DNA of 62,069 nucleotides, the filler included. It is 5 parts of 5 records of this genome, joined end to end, with 100 filler letters (N's around TTAATTAATTAA, not from the genome) between each part and the next. Parts side by side here need not be neighbours in the genome. Positions count along the whole stretch, not along the records: positions 24,512 to 51,349 come from SRR2962707_2148; positions 51,450 to 56,556 come from SRR2962707_2154; 3 more parts are not named here. The stretch is one strand, 5' to 3'. The position numbers and the translations under genes were made by a program. The notes beneath the pieces are model-generated. The model saw only the letters and a list, made by a program, of their open reading frames with translations. It was not told the origin of the DNA and did not search any database. Shown here piece after piece: positions 45,828 through 56,311 of this stretch (within the stretch, counting starts at the first letter, position 1; each line of letters begins with the position of its first letter).

Positions 45828-48509
45828 CTAAAACCGTATATTGAAGAAGAAATTAGGTGTAAAACCTAGCAATGGAGTGTCTAGGGCAACTATTCGGGTT
45901 TCATCCTGCGCATTCGGGGAGTCAGCGTTTTCACTAAAAATATACTGGACCGAGTACCTTCTGGACTTAATGTTTCTCCTGTTAAATAAATTGAATAAGG
46001 TCACACCTGCTTCACATCTAGTCTTACCAATTGGGAAGGAATGCTTGGCGGCAAGATCGAACCGTACATACGCCGGAAGCCTGTTTCCATTGATACGGTT
46101 AAGGTCGTAAATATCTACACTGTCATTTTCTATGCTGAATTCAGGATTGGGTGGTGTGTAAGGCTTTCCTGATCCAAAAAGGAAAATTCCTGACAGCTCC
46201 CAGTTCCCCAGTTTCATAATTGAAGTTAGATTGATTTCATGGCGCTGGTCCTGATTAGATGGATACAGTGTATTGTCATTTCTGTACCAAAACTGGTTTT
46301 GTGAAAATCCCACCGAATAGCTTAACCAGCTGGTGAATGTTTTGCTTCTGTATTTCAAAAACAAATCAAGGCCTTCCGAAACATTGTCGCCGGACAGATT
46401 GATGTTTGACAGATCTATTTGTGTAAAGGCAATGTTTTGAACAATTGCCTCCGCAATGATTTCCGGTGGTATGGTTATAAATTGATTCTCAATAATACCT
46501 GTGGTATTTTTTCGGTAGTATTCCAGGTCTATCATCCATGGGCCTTTGGTATAATTACTTCCGAGGATAAAATGCGTGCTTTTTTGAATGGGGATCACAT
46601 CATTGTCCGACAATACCCAATAGAATTGATCTGTATTTTGGAAAGGTGAAAGGGAATTCTGGCTCACAAACTGGTGATGGTAGCTGGCAGCACCTTTCAA
46701 ACTCAGGTTGTCACTGATGTGAAAACTCATATTGAATCGAGGTTCAACAAACACTTTATTTGCTTTACCAAAGTAGCTGCTACGGATACCCAGGTAGGTT
46801 GTGAACTCCTCGTTCCGGTATTGGTGACCTGCAAAAAGGCTTGCAATGGAGGATTGAATCGAAAGGCTATCATTGTAGTTGGCACTTTGTCCAAAGTCAA
46901 TAAAGATCAATTGATTCGAGCTAAAGGTGGTTTTCACTACATTCATTTCCGCTCCGGTCTTGATGCTGTTTTGATCATCAATCTCGATCTCATTGATCGA
47001 CTTGAGTGTAAAGTCACTTATTGAACTGTTGACATTATAGTCGAAGTAGTCAACGGTGGTGTTGGCGTAAATACTGTCCGTATTGAAGCTGGCATCTTCA
47101 AAGAATGTCTGGTTGATAGCAAGACGCTCATTTTCGGAAAACTTTGAGCCACTCAGGATGAGTTCAGAAAACCAATTTTGATTGACCTGATTTTTCCAAT
47201 CCAGACTCAATCCAAAGTTGGACCATTTGGCTTCATCCTTCACATTGTAGCTAGCGAAGTTGTCACCTTCAATAAAGTCGCCTTCATAATCATCTCTACT
47301 GGAATAAATGTTTACATCCAGCTGACTTCTGTCACTAAACCGATGATGCAACTTGCCATTTAAGTCATAAAAAGTAAGTGATGGTGAGATGTTCAGCGCT
47401 CTAACATCAGAATTGATAGACTCGATAAAGCTCTTTCGATTCGAGCTAAGGAAATCGTTGTATAGGTTGGAATTGAGTATTTCTGTGAATGACTGCCTTC
47501 CACCAATGGAAAACGAAGTGCTATTACCTAACGGAATCTGAATATTGGCATGAGCAGACAGCATATTTAACCCAGCACCTCCACTCAATTTATTTGGATT
47601 CCCCCGTTTGCTGGTCACATCGATCACAGATGAAATTCTACCACCATATTCTGCTCCAAATCCACCTTTGTAGATGCTGACATTGTTGATCACGTTGGGA
47701 TTCAAGGTTGAAAAGATTCCGAAGAAATGATCAAGGTTGTAGAGAGTGAAGCCATCCATGAGGATGAGGTTTTGTCCCGGCAGACTACCACGTACACTCA
47801 GCCCGGAGGAAGACTCATCCGTAGCGCTGATACCGGGCAGCAACTGCAAGGATTTGAACACATCTGTTTCGCCCAGTGTGGGTAATGAATTAAACTGGAT
47901 TGGATTTAAACTAAAAAAGGAAGTCTGTGTTGACAGTTCTTCCAACTCTGAGGAGTTTAGTATGACTTCCTGAAGAATAACAGGATCTTGTTCAAGCTGA
48001 AGTTTTACATCTGCCTCATTGGGAGGTACTTTCAACTGAAGTGACTTATACCCAATATAGCTGACCATCAGCGTCAATGTATCTTTACGTGGAGGTAGGC
48101 TAAAGCGACCATTCTGGTTGCTAATGGTACCCCGCTGATTGGATTGGACATGTGCGAAAGCGAGCGGCTCCCCTGAAGACCTGTCGTAAATCTGTCCTGA
48201 AAGTGCCACCGGTTCTGGAGCTACTTTCTTTGGGATAAGTAAGTAAACCCCGTCTGTCAGTTGGATATTAAAAGGTAGTCCCTCAAAGATTTCACTGATC
48301 AGATCTGCCTCTGAGTTGACCTTGATTTTTTTGTTGATGATGTGATCCTGTAGCACCAGGGGGTTATAGGAGAATTTGAACTTGTGCTTGTTGGAAAGTA
48401 GTTCCACTACCTCAGTGAGAGGTTTTTCAGCAAATTCAAATTCAAAAGTTTTTTGAGCAAAAACACATGAAATCGTGAACAGAAGGAGTATGGTGATTGA
48501 AATTCTCAT
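45828..48509 (-). CDS. TonB-dependent receptor with N-terminal STN-like signalling and CarboxypepD_reg-like domains
   Basis: FSYNP N-domain, GEPLAFAHV, LQLLPGI, YGGRISSVID plug, C-terminal Phe. Confidence 0.92.
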   Translation of the reverse strand: MRISITILLLFTISCVFAQKTFEFEFAEKPLTEVVELLSNKHKFKFSYNPLVLQDHIINKKIKVNSEADLISEIFEGLPFNIQLTDGVYLLIPKKVAPEPVALSGQIYDRSSGEPLAFAHVQSNQRGTISNQNGRFSLPPRKDTLTLMVSYIGYKSLQLKVPPNEADVKLQLEQDPVILQEVILNSSELEELSTQTSFFSLNPIQFNSLPTLGETDVFKSLQLLPGISATDESSSGLSVRGSLPGQNLILMDGFTLYNLDHFFGIFSTLNPNVINNVSIYKGGFGAEYGGRISSVIDVTSKRGNPNKLSGGAGLNMLSAHANIQIPLGNSTSFSIGGRQSFTEILNSNLYNDFLSSNRKSFIESINSDVRALNISPSLTFYDLNGKLHHRFSDRSQLDVNIYSSRDDYEGDFIEGDNFASYNVKDEAKWSNFGLSLDWKNQVNQNWFSELILSGSKFSENERLAINQTFFEDASFNTDSIYANTTVDYFDYNVNSSISDFTLKSINEIEIDDQNSIKTGAEMNVVKTTFSSNQLIFIDFGQSANYNDSLSIQSSIASLFAGHQYRNEEFTTYLGIRSSYFGKANKVFVEPRFNMSFHISDNLSLKGAASYHHQFVSQNSLSPFQNTDQFYWVLSDNDVIPIQKSTHFILGSNYTKGPWMIDLEYYRKNTTGIIENQFITIPPEIIAEAIVQNIAFTQIDLSNINLSGDNVSEGLDLFLKYRSKTFTSWLSYSVGFSQNQFWYRNDNTLYPSNQDQRHEINLTSIMKLGNWELSGIFLFGSGKPYTPPNPEFSIENDSVDIYDLNRINGNRLPAYVRFDLAAKHSFPIGKTRCEAGVTLFNLFNRRNIKSRRYSVQYIFSENADSPNAQDETRIVALDTPLLGFTPNFFFNIRF

Positions 48510-48517
48510 TTCAGAGA

Positions 48518-49390
48518 TTACTCGTTTTCAGAAATAACAACCCTGGAGGCACTTACTTTTTCATAGCTTAATCCAAGTGGCAAGCAAACCATATCAAGGG
48601 CCTGATCTAGGTTTTTATTGGTGAAATATCCATCAAAGGCAATTTGATTACTCCCTTTAAACTCAATCTGAACTTTAAACTGACGCTTCAATTCCTCCAT
48701 CACTTCCGAAAAAGGTTGATTCTTGAAATAGAATTCTCCAGATTTCCATCTACCCATCAATTCAGGGTTTCTAAATGCTTTTTTAACAGTGTCTGCCTGG
48801 AATGAGATCATTTCACCAGGTGTAATTATCTGATCAAACGATTGGGATGGTACAATGACCTTAACCTTTCCGGTTCGACATTCGACATTCAGACTTCCAT
48901 TTCTTGAAAAGACATTGAATGAAGTTCCAAGCACCTCAACTTGACCTGAGCTCGTTGAAACAATAAACTTTTCACCTTTTTCCACTTCAAAGAATGCTTC
49001 ACCTGACAATTCCAGTGCCCTGTTCCATTCGCCTGAATAGGATAGAAGTGAATTTGCATTTAATGTGGCTGTAGAACCATCCGGAAGTTCATGAACGATG
49101 GACTCACCGATTCCCGTACTGATACTGACATTATCAGCTTCTTGAAATAGAAGAGCAAAGGAAGCAATCACCACGATGGCAGCAGCAATGCCCATGTAAA
49201 GCCAATTGAATCTATATGAAGTACCTTCATCTAATTGGCTTTCAATTTCTTCCCAGATTTTAGCCTTTCCCTTCCCATCAGGAATTGTTGCATTTCCGGC
49301 ATTCGCCAAAAATGTCCCAAGCTCATCGTTCGTGTCTGATGAGTGATGGTTTAGAAGCTCTCGATATTTCTCTTCATCTTCCATAGTCAA
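48518..49390 (-). CDS. FecR family anti-sigma factor
   Basis: LPDGSTATLNANS, LSGEAFFEV, VEVLGTSFNV. Confidence 0.93.
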   Translation of the reverse strand: MTMEDEEKYRELLNHHSSDTNDELGTFLANAGNATIPDGKGKAKIWEEIESQLDEGTSYRFNWLYMGIAAAIVVIASFALLFQEADNVSISTGIGESIVHELPDGSTATLNANSLLSYSGEWNRALELSGEAFFEVEKGEKFIVSTSSGQVEVLGTSFNVFSRNGSLNVECRTGKVKVIVPSQSFDQIITPGEMISFQADTVKKAFRNPELMGRWKSGEFYFKNQPFSEVMEELKRQFKVQIEFKGSNQIAFDGYFTNKNLDQALDMVCLPLGLSYEKVSASRVVISENE

Positions 49391-49935
49391 ACTTTCATCC
49401 CAAGTTGTTCTTTTAAGATTGCAATAGCCTTGCTCATACGCTTCTCGATTGCCTTAACGCTTAAATCCAATCGATTGGCTATTTCTTCGTATTTCAATTT
49501 GTCGATCCTGTTCATCAGGAACACTTCCCTGCACCCTTCTGGTAGCGCGTTAATGGCGGTGTTAAACTTTGTTTCGAACTCTTTCTCTTCCAATTGAAAC
49601 TGAGGAGAAAGGTATTCCTGCCTGTTTTCCAGTTGCACATTTCCCTGATGTTTCGCAACAACTTTCTGATGATTAAAGTGATTGATCATCAGGTTATTGG
49701 CCATCGTATAGAGCAAACTTTTCACAGTATCCGTTTTTATGTTCTCCCTGTTGTCCCAGACTTTGATAAATACCTCCTGAATCAAATCTTCAGCGAGCTC
49801 AATATTTCCGGTTTTATAATACAGGAACCCTCTGAGCGGTTCAAAGTACTGCTCATACAGGTCACTTAAGTCCTTTTTTGTAAACTTCTTACTGACTTTC
49901 ATTTCGGGCGATTGCCCAAAGATATAGTCAACCAT
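49387..49935 (-). CDS. ECF sigma-70 factor (Bacteroidota FecI-like)
   Basis: AEDLIQEVFIKVW, LPEGCREVFLMNR, KYEEIA..SVKAIEKRM; start 49935 or 49902. Confidence 0.93.
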   Translation of the reverse strand: MVDYIFGQSPEMKVSKKFTKKDLSDLYEQYFEPLRGFLYYKTGNIELAEDLIQEVFIKVWDNRENIKTDTVKSLLYTMANNLMINHFNHQKVVAKHQGNVQLENRQEYLSPQFQLEEKEFETKFNTAINALPEGCREVFLMNRIDKLKYEEIANRLDLSVKAIEKRMSKAIAILKEQLGMKV

Positions 49936-49955
49936 AATCTTCGATTCTTCATTAC

Positions 49956-49981
49956 TACATAGCAACTTTATTTTACCCTAC
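49956..49981 (-). promoter_or_regulatory. putative autoregulatory ECF promoter GTAGGGTAA-N12-ATGTA
   Basis: Second copy of the motif at 45801-45826. Confidence 0.65.
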
Positions 49982-50005
49982 CGGATTTTCAGATATGTTT
50001 GGATT

Positions 50006-50464
50006 ATGGATAAAAAGGGAATCAAGAAAGAAGTGATGGATGCGTGCCAAAATCAACTCAATGCTAAACTAGAGGCACTCACCTCTGAGTTGAAGTTACT
50101 AAGGGAATCTGCGGAGAGTGATACTAAAAGCAGCATGGGTGATAAGTATGAAACCGGTCGCGAAATGATCATACAGGAAAGGCACAAACTGGAAGAGCAA
50201 CGGGCTATCATGACCAAACATCTCTCTTTTCTCACCTCAATAGATCAAGGGAAAAAGTATGAAAAGGTGGAGTTTGGTGCATACGTAGAAACAGATGGCT
50301 CCTACTATTTGATATGTGCTGCAATCGGATTGATTGAAGTAACGAAGAAGAAAGTCTATGTGATCTCAGCCAATTCACCTATTGCCCAAAGCATGTTGGG
50401 TAAAAAGTCCGGTGATACATTTTCGTTCAATAATCAAACTCAATCTATTCGTAGTATTGAATAA
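50006..50464 (+). CDS. GreA/GreB-like protein
   Basis: TKSSMGDKYETGREM coiled-coil tip; ISANSPIAQSMLGKKSGD C-domain. Confidence 0.85.
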   Translation: MDKKGIKKEVMDACQNQLNAKLEALTSELKLLRESAESDTKSSMGDKYETGREMIIQERHKLEEQRAIMTKHLSFLTSIDQGKKYEKVEFGAYVETDGSYYLICAAIGLIEVTKKKVYVISANSPIAQSMLGKKSGDTFSFNNQTQSIRSIE

Positions 50465-50512
50465 AAAAAGCCGACTCTCCGGCCAGCTTTTTTTACAGTT
50501 AAAGGGTAATTA

Positions 50513-51349
50513 TCAGTAGAGATATTCTAATGCTACAATGTCAAAATTCCCAAACTCTCCGTCTTCATTGGCGCTGAAGCAGGAAAGCATAACAGAGTTA
50601 GCATCAAATCCGGTTGGGGTACCAGGTACGTGAATGGCACCTACACCACCTGATCCCTCGTTACCTCCGGTTCCGCAAGAAAGTGACCGGTTAAAGAAAT
50701 CAGTGTGGCGTAGACCCAGGCAATGTCCCATCTCATGCGTAATGACGTGCTCTGTGGTATTGGTGCCAAAACTGCTGGTTCCTGACTGAATTTGGATGAA
50801 TTTGTATGGATTTCCGTTTGAAGGGAATCCTGCAGATCCACCTCCACCACCGCCAACTCGATAAACTACCATATCATAGGCATTATAGTTGGTTCCATAA
50901 GCGAGCGTGAAATTGAGGCCAATATTCAATGCGTTGTAGTTGTTTACAGCCCACTGAAGCGCAGTTCTCATGGTGTTGTCCAATGCATTTGATCCACCTG
51001 TGTAGCCCAATACAGAGATGGTTTGATTGTTACTCACCAGGTTACTTGTTCGATATTGTTCGCCAATAGCTCCCAATTCATAGGCGCTGTTCAACATCTC
51101 ACGCATTTGATCTTCCGGAATGAGTATATCACCTTCCAGTTGATATTGCTTACTCAATTTTCCGGTTAATGGATTGGAGTGATTCACAAGCTGAATGTCA
51201 CTCACATCAAACCCTAATTCTGTAAACTGGGCGAGTACCTCATCCGAGATCTCGTCCACCTCAAGGTTGTCACCTTCTGATGTACAGGAGGTAAAAGCAA
51301 TCGCTAGCATGGCTAGCATACACGATAGTGCATAATTTAATCTTCTCAT
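50513..51349 (-). CDS. M57 family (HEIGH-type) metallopeptidase lipoprotein
   Basis: Lipobox FTSC; EQYRTSNLV, HEMGHCLGLRHTD, HVPGTP. Confidence 0.9.
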   Translation of the reverse strand: MRRLNYALSCMLAMLAIAFTSCTSEGDNLEVDEISDEVLAQFTELGFDVSDIQLVNHSNPLTGKLSKQYQLEGDILIPEDQMREMLNSAYELGAIGEQYRTSNLVSNNQTISVLGYTGGSNALDNTMRTALQWAVNNYNALNIGLNFTLAYGTNYNAYDMVVYRVGGGGGGSAGFPSNGNPYKFIQIQSGTSSFGTNTTEHVITHEMGHCLGLRHTDFFNRSLSCGTGGNEGSGGVGAIHVPGTPTGFDANSVMLSCFSANEDGEFGNFDIVALEYLY

Positions 51350-51449
51350 NNNNNNNNNNNNNNNNNNNNNNNNNNNNNNNNNNNNNNNNNNNNTTAATTA
51401 ATTAANNNNNNNNNNNNNNNNNNNNNNNNNNNNNNNNNNNNNNNNNNNN
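51350..51449. other. artificial contig spacer
   Basis: N44-TTAATTAATTAA-N44. Confidence 0.98.
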
Positions 51450-51773
51450 CTTGGCATAGACCGAAATCATCGCCCGGTCTGGATGGTCGAGCAACGCCAT
51501 CGGATTTTCCGCCGGGCCATAATTAGTGCCCAGCACAATGACGCTCTTCACATCGGGCCACAACGCAACCGGATCACGGCGGCGCGGCAACCGTTCCGGA
51601 TCATTCATCCAGTCCATCGACCCGTATTCCCCACCCGCAACGAACTCATCCAGCCGGTTCTGATTGCGCGCATCAATGCTCGGACGCGCAACACCACAGA
51701 CGTCAAAGCCGATTTCACGGGCTTTGGCCTGAAGACGTTCAAGCGTAATCGCATCTGCGCTGTGGGCGGCCAT
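51450..51773 (-). CDS. queG: epoxyqueuosine reductase QueG, 5' part (contig edge)
   Basis: AREIGFDVCGVA, GSMDWM, RRDPVALWPDVKSVIVLGTNYGP, ISVYA. Confidence 0.88.
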
Positions 51774-51890
51774 GGCGTTTGATCTATTGGTTGTCGAACT
51801 GGGTACTCTCGTCTGCCTTATATAATCATCTGCCAAAAACGCAAAAGGCCGCAGCAAAAAGCTGCGGCCTTTGAAAACAGTCCAGGGTGC

Positions 51891-54395
51891 CTAGAACTTA
51901 TACCGCAATGTTCCGACGATGGAACGTGCATCCCCAAAATAACAGTTTGCAAGCGTGTAACAGGATGCGACGTATTCCTCATCCAGCAGATTGTTCACAT
52001 TGAGCCTGAAGTCGAGATCATCAAACCCGACATAAGCAAGATCATAGTTCAGTGCGAAATCCAGAACGGCATAATCCGGGACCTTCTGCGTATTGGTCAC
52101 ATTTGCCCAAGTTTCACCGACATAACGAACACCGCCCCCCAGACCAAGCCCGTTCAGCGGACCTGACAAGAACTGATAGTGCCCCCAAAGGGATGCCATA
52201 TGTTCAGGCACCTGCATGGATTGCTTGCCATCCTTGCTATCACCGGGCGCATCATATTGCGTATCGGTGTAGGTATAGCTTGCAATAAGATCAATGTTGT
52301 CATTAACCCGACCACGCGCTTCGAGTTCAAGACCACGGCTTTCAAGCGACCCGGCCGGGTCATACGCCGTCGTGGTTGAATTATACAATGCAACATTGTC
52401 CTGCCGGATATCAAAGACAGCAGCACTCAATAAGATATCGTCACCTTCCGGCTGGTACTTGATACCGGCTTCGTATTGCGTGCCTTCGGTGGGTTCAATT
52501 GGATCGCCATCTGAATCAGAAAGCAGGCTCGGATCAAAAGATTCAGAATAGCTGAAATAGGGCGCAATACCGTTATCAAACAAATATAACAAACCGGCAT
52601 TTTTCGTCAGTTTTTCGCGATCCTGACCTGTTCGCGTATCGTCAAGCCTGCTCAGATTTGATGTTTCCAGCCAATCCTGACGCAATCCAAGCGAAAACCG
52701 CCAGTTTTCATAGGCGAATTGATCCTGAAGATAGACTCCCGTCTGCTCCAGCTCCTTGGTGTTTAGTTTGTAAGGTGTTCCAAATGTCACGTTTGAACCA
52801 CTATAAACCGGATTAAACGCATTAATATTGGATGCCGTTTCGTACCAGTAATTGGTCCGCGCCCGGCGATGCTGATAATCAAGACCTGCCAGTACTGTGT
52901 GATCTATCTGACCTGTGGAAAAATTGCCCTCAATCTGGTTGTCGCTGCTCAAAGCGCGCAAGGTTTCGTCGCCACCATAGTAAGTACGAGTGAGTTCATT
53001 TGACGTCCCAGACCACCCCGTCTGGTACACCTGATCAATATCAACACTGGAATCGAGGTATCTGAGCTTGTGGCGCAACGTCCAGTCCCGGTCAAAATCA
53101 TGTTCAAACTCGTAACCGACCATGTTCTGAACACGGTCAAACTTTTCCAGATCAGGATCGCCGTCAAAGAAACTTCGCGAAATATACTGACCATTGCGTG
53201 GATAAAGCGTTCCCTCTGCCGGCACGCCGTTATGCCACCCACCTTCTGGGTCACGCTGTAAATATGCCTGCACGGTCAAGCGCGTATCATCGGTAAAATT
53301 CGCGGTTAAGGACGGTGCAAGAACATAGCGTTCTTCTTCGACATAATCGAATTGTGTATCTTGCGCATCCGCCTTGCCGACAACACGATAGGCCAGCCTG
53401 TCGCCTTCGGTCAGTGGCCCTGTCACATCAAACGCCACAGCACGCTGGTTCCGGTTGCCATAAGACACCTCGGCCTCACCCTTTTGTACGAACTCCGGCG
53501 TTTTACTTGAAAGGGCAACCAATCCCCCCGGTGAACTGCGGCCGTAAAGAACCGATGCCGGTCCTTTCACAACATCTGCGCGATCAATAAAATACGGATC
53601 GACCTGCATCGAGCTATAGGTCGAATTATCGCCCATCATCTGCATGCCATCGAGATAGACATTATCGACACTGTTTTCGGTCATGCCGCGCATGACAACA
53701 TAATCATACCGGCTCGTGGCACCGAACTGTTCGGCAAAGACACCCGGCGTATAGCGCACCGCATCCATAACACTCTGGGAGCCCTGATCCGTAATCTGGT
53801 CACTGGTTACAGTTGAAATGGACTGTGGTGTTTCAAGGATTGGCGTTGCGGTTTTTGTCCCGGCCTGTGACTGTGTGGCGAGGTATCCCACAACAGGGCC
53901 ATCGGCCTGCTCATTGATGGCATTTGCATCGACACGCACCGGATCAAGAACGTTCTGACCGCTGGCCGCAACCTTTTCGATCGTGATCGTGCCACCATCG
54001 GTATAGCGCCACGTAAAACCGGTTCCGCTCAAAAGCGCCCCAAGGGCTGCATCAACCGACATTTCACCCTGAAGAGCCTGTACTTCAAGACCACCCAGTC
54101 CTTCGGACGGAAAGAACAGTTTCACATCGGCCTGATCGGCAAAGCTGGTCAGCGCACGGTCAAGCTCCTGTGCCGGAATATCAAGCGTCACCAGCGTTGA
54201 CTGGGCAATCTCAATACTCTGGGCGTTCGTGTTCGATGCAGCCGCCATTGCCTGCCATGGGCTGGTTGCGACAACCCCGGAAATAAGGGTGGTCGCCACA
54301 AGACGGCGCACCCACTGATTGCGCATATCCCCTGCGTGGTGAACTGACGCCCGATCAACCGTTGTCAGCTTCATCGCATTACTTGAATTCATCAT
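51891..54395 (-). CDS. TonB-dependent siderophore receptor/transducer with STN domain (FhuA/FoxA-like)
   Basis: IPAQELDRAL STN domain, GTKTATPILETPQSIS, KGPASVLYG, NLLDEEYVASC, C-terminal YKF. Confidence 0.93.
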   Translation of the reverse strand: MMNSSNAMKLTTVDRASVHHAGDMRNQWVRRLVATTLISGVVATSPWQAMAAASNTNAQSIEIAQSTLVTLDIPAQELDRALTSFADQADVKLFFPSEGLGGLEVQALQGEMSVDAALGALLSGTGFTWRYTDGGTITIEKVAASGQNVLDPVRVDANAINEQADGPVVGYLATQSQAGTKTATPILETPQSISTVTSDQITDQGSQSVMDAVRYTPGVFAEQFGATSRYDYVVMRGMTENSVDNVYLDGMQMMGDNSTYSSMQVDPYFIDRADVVKGPASVLYGRSSPGGLVALSSKTPEFVQKGEAEVSYGNRNQRAVAFDVTGPLTEGDRLAYRVVGKADAQDTQFDYVEEERYVLAPSLTANFTDDTRLTVQAYLQRDPEGGWHNGVPAEGTLYPRNGQYISRSFFDGDPDLEKFDRVQNMVGYEFEHDFDRDWTLRHKLRYLDSSVDIDQVYQTGWSGTSNELTRTYYGGDETLRALSSDNQIEGNFSTGQIDHTVLAGLDYQHRRARTNYWYETASNINAFNPVYSGSNVTFGTPYKLNTKELEQTGVYLQDQFAYENWRFSLGLRQDWLETSNLSRLDDTRTGQDREKLTKNAGLLYLFDNGIAPYFSYSESFDPSLLSDSDGDPIEPTEGTQYEAGIKYQPEGDDILLSAAVFDIRQDNVALYNSTTTAYDPAGSLESRGLELEARGRVNDNIDLIASYTYTDTQYDAPGDSKDGKQSMQVPEHMASLWGHYQFLSGPLNGLGLGGGVRYVGETWANVTNTQKVPDYAVLDFALNYDLAYVGFDDLDFRLNVNNLLDEEYVASCYTLANCYFGDARSIVGTLRYKF

Positions 54396-54421
54396 AAGGC
54401 CTTCTGGTTAACTTTCCCATT

Positions 54422-54452
54422 GCGAATGATGTTAATAACTACAATCATTCGC
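54422..54452. promoter_or_regulatory. palindromic Fur-box-like site upstream of the receptor
   Basis: GCGAATGAT-N13-ATCATTCGC, containing AATAACTACAATCATTCGC. Confidence 0.55.
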
Positions 54453-54541
54453 TTTTGACCTTATGACGATCCCGGCTAACGAGATTTGCACCTGATCTTT
54501 CAACTTTTTTGAAAATATTTCGATGTCACCACTTTGGGTGT

Positions 54542-55606
54542 CTAATAGATCACCGTCACAAGCGGCAATTTCAGGACACTTGCGCTCGTTGTTTGCGTAA
54601 GCGACGCCAACAGATCATCAAGTTCGGCGATGTCAAAAACACCCGTGACCTTCAAGTCCCGCAGGCGATCACGCGCAATGATGATCCGACCAGTCTGGTA
54701 ACGCTGAACTTCATTAATCACATCGCCAAGAGACCGGCTGTTGAAAATCAATTTGCCGCGTTGCCAACTGCCATAGGTCGCAAGATTGATGTCATCGCGA
54801 AGTACCGGCGGCGTTCCAACCTGATAAGATGCCTGGTCCCCGGCCACAAGACGCACCGCCTTGCCCGTCCCATTGCTGACTTCGACAATGCCTTCCTTCA
54901 CAGTGACCCTGGCATGGTCACCGTCAATCCGCACCCCGTATACCGTACCGACCGCCATGGCTTCACCGCCAATCGCCGAGACGATAAAGGGATGCGCTGC
55001 GTCCTTGGCAACCTCAAAGATCACCTCACCCGCCGCAAGATCAATGCGCCGCACATCATCGGAATAATCAACCGAAAATGCCGAGGCAGTATTCATGTGT
55101 GCAACCGTGCCATCGGGCAGTGTCACCGTCTCAAATTGTCCGATTCCGGTACTGTAATCGGCATTCCAGCGCCCCAAAATCCCGGTTCCCTGAATGCCCC
55201 CGACAATCGTCAGGACAAGCACCGCGCACAGCGATGCCATTGCGATGACGGCACGACGTTTGGCAAACACGGCGCGTGGTCCAGACTGTAGTGCTCGACT
55301 CCTGCGCGAAGGCATCGCAAGGCGATTGGGCGACACAGGTTCTGACCCTGTCCAGTTTTGTGCTGCACTGGTTTGATCAACAGCACCCAGAAGGGCTTCG
55401 GCATCACGGACCACACGAATATGGTCATCGCTTTGCCCGCGCCATGCGGCAAAATCCGCAAAGTCCGCCGCCGTCGCGTCCCCGGAATGCAGACGCACAA
55501 GCCAGTCAATGGCCTGATCGCTCAGCGCTATCATGTCATCGTCATAGGCGTTTAGTATCGCCTGCTGTTGCGCGGATCCACCCGACGTCAAAACCCGTAT
55601 CCCCAA
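54542..55606 (-). CDS. fecR: FecR family anti-sigma/sensor (true start probably near 55534)
   Basis: QAIDWLVRL..FAAWRGQSDDH, LPDGTVAHMNTAS, WQRGKLIF. Confidence 0.92.
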   Translation of the reverse strand: MGIRVLTSGGSAQQQAILNAYDDDMIALSDQAIDWLVRLHSGDATAADFADFAAWRGQSDDHIRVVRDAEALLGAVDQTSAAQNWTGSEPVSPNRLAMPSRRSRALQSGPRAVFAKRRAVIAMASLCAVLVLTIVGGIQGTGILGRWNADYSTGIGQFETVTLPDGTVAHMNTASAFSVDYSDDVRRIDLAAGEVIFEVAKDAAHPFIVSAIGGEAMAVGTVYGVRIDGDHARVTVKEGIVEVSNGTGKAVRLVAGDQASYQVGTPPVLRDDINLATYGSWQRGKLIFNSRSLGDVINEVQRYQTGRIIIARDRLRDLKVTGVFDIAELDDLLASLTQTTSASVLKLPLVTVIY

Positions 55607-55688
55607 AACTGCTGGCTGACCGCCCCTGAAATTTGGCCTCTAATCATAAGACGAACGAGCCTGTCTGCATCGACAAAACTTTTTGACA

Positions 55689-56225
55689 TTATTTTTCGCC
55701 CCCGGCCACAAGAGCATCGCGGCAATGCTTCAACGCACGGCCAATATATTTGGCCACCATGCTGTTGGACACCCCCAGACGTTCGGCGATCTCATTGTGC
55801 GACAGCCCCTCAACCCGAAACATCAAAAGCGCGGCACGTGCATTTTCCGGCAGTTTTTCCAATGCCCGATCCAGCAGCATGATCTGTTCCCGCGACAGGA
55901 AAATGGTTTCCGGTCCCGGCTTGGGGTCATGGATGTCGGTACCTTGCGCATCCCCGTCAAACCGTGCTGACATCCGGCGATCATGGCGAATACGATCAAT
56001 CGCAAGGTTCCCCGCGACCCGATAGATATAGGCGCGCGGATTATCTATCGGTTCGTCAGTGTCGGATGTTTTGGCAAGCCGGACATAGGTATCTTGCACC
56101 ACATCGGCCGCACACTGGGAATCACCATTCAGCTTCCGTGTCAAAAACCGCAAAAGCTGTTCATAGTTTTCCTGAAAACTTGCCATCAAGACCGATGCGC
56201 CGTGACGCGCCATCATCATTCCCAA
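55689..56225 (-). CDS. fecI: FecI-like ECF sigma factor
   Basis: AADVVQDTYVRL, NPRAYIYRVAGNLAID, GLSHNEIAERLGVSNSMVAKYI. Confidence 0.92.
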   Translation of the reverse strand: MGMMMARHGASVLMASFQENYEQLLRFLTRKLNGDSQCAADVVQDTYVRLAKTSDTDEPIDNPRAYIYRVAGNLAIDRIRHDRRMSARFDGDAQGTDIHDPKPGPETIFLSREQIMLLDRALEKLPENARAALLMFRVEGLSHNEIAERLGVSNSMVAKYIGRALKHCRDALVAGGEK

Positions 56226-56292
56226 CCAACAAATACCAAACGTCGCAGGTCATCCCTACCGCCCCTTCCATTAGCAGGAACCATAAACAATG

Positions 56293-56311
56293 ACAATGAG
56301 AATAATTCGCA
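56293..56311. promoter_or_regulatory. Fur box upstream of fecI
   Basis: GACAATGAGAATAATTCGC resembles GATAATGATAATCATTATC. Confidence 0.65.

Noticed and set aside
54509-55291. 260-aa plus-strand ORF
   Set aside because: Antisense shadow of fecR
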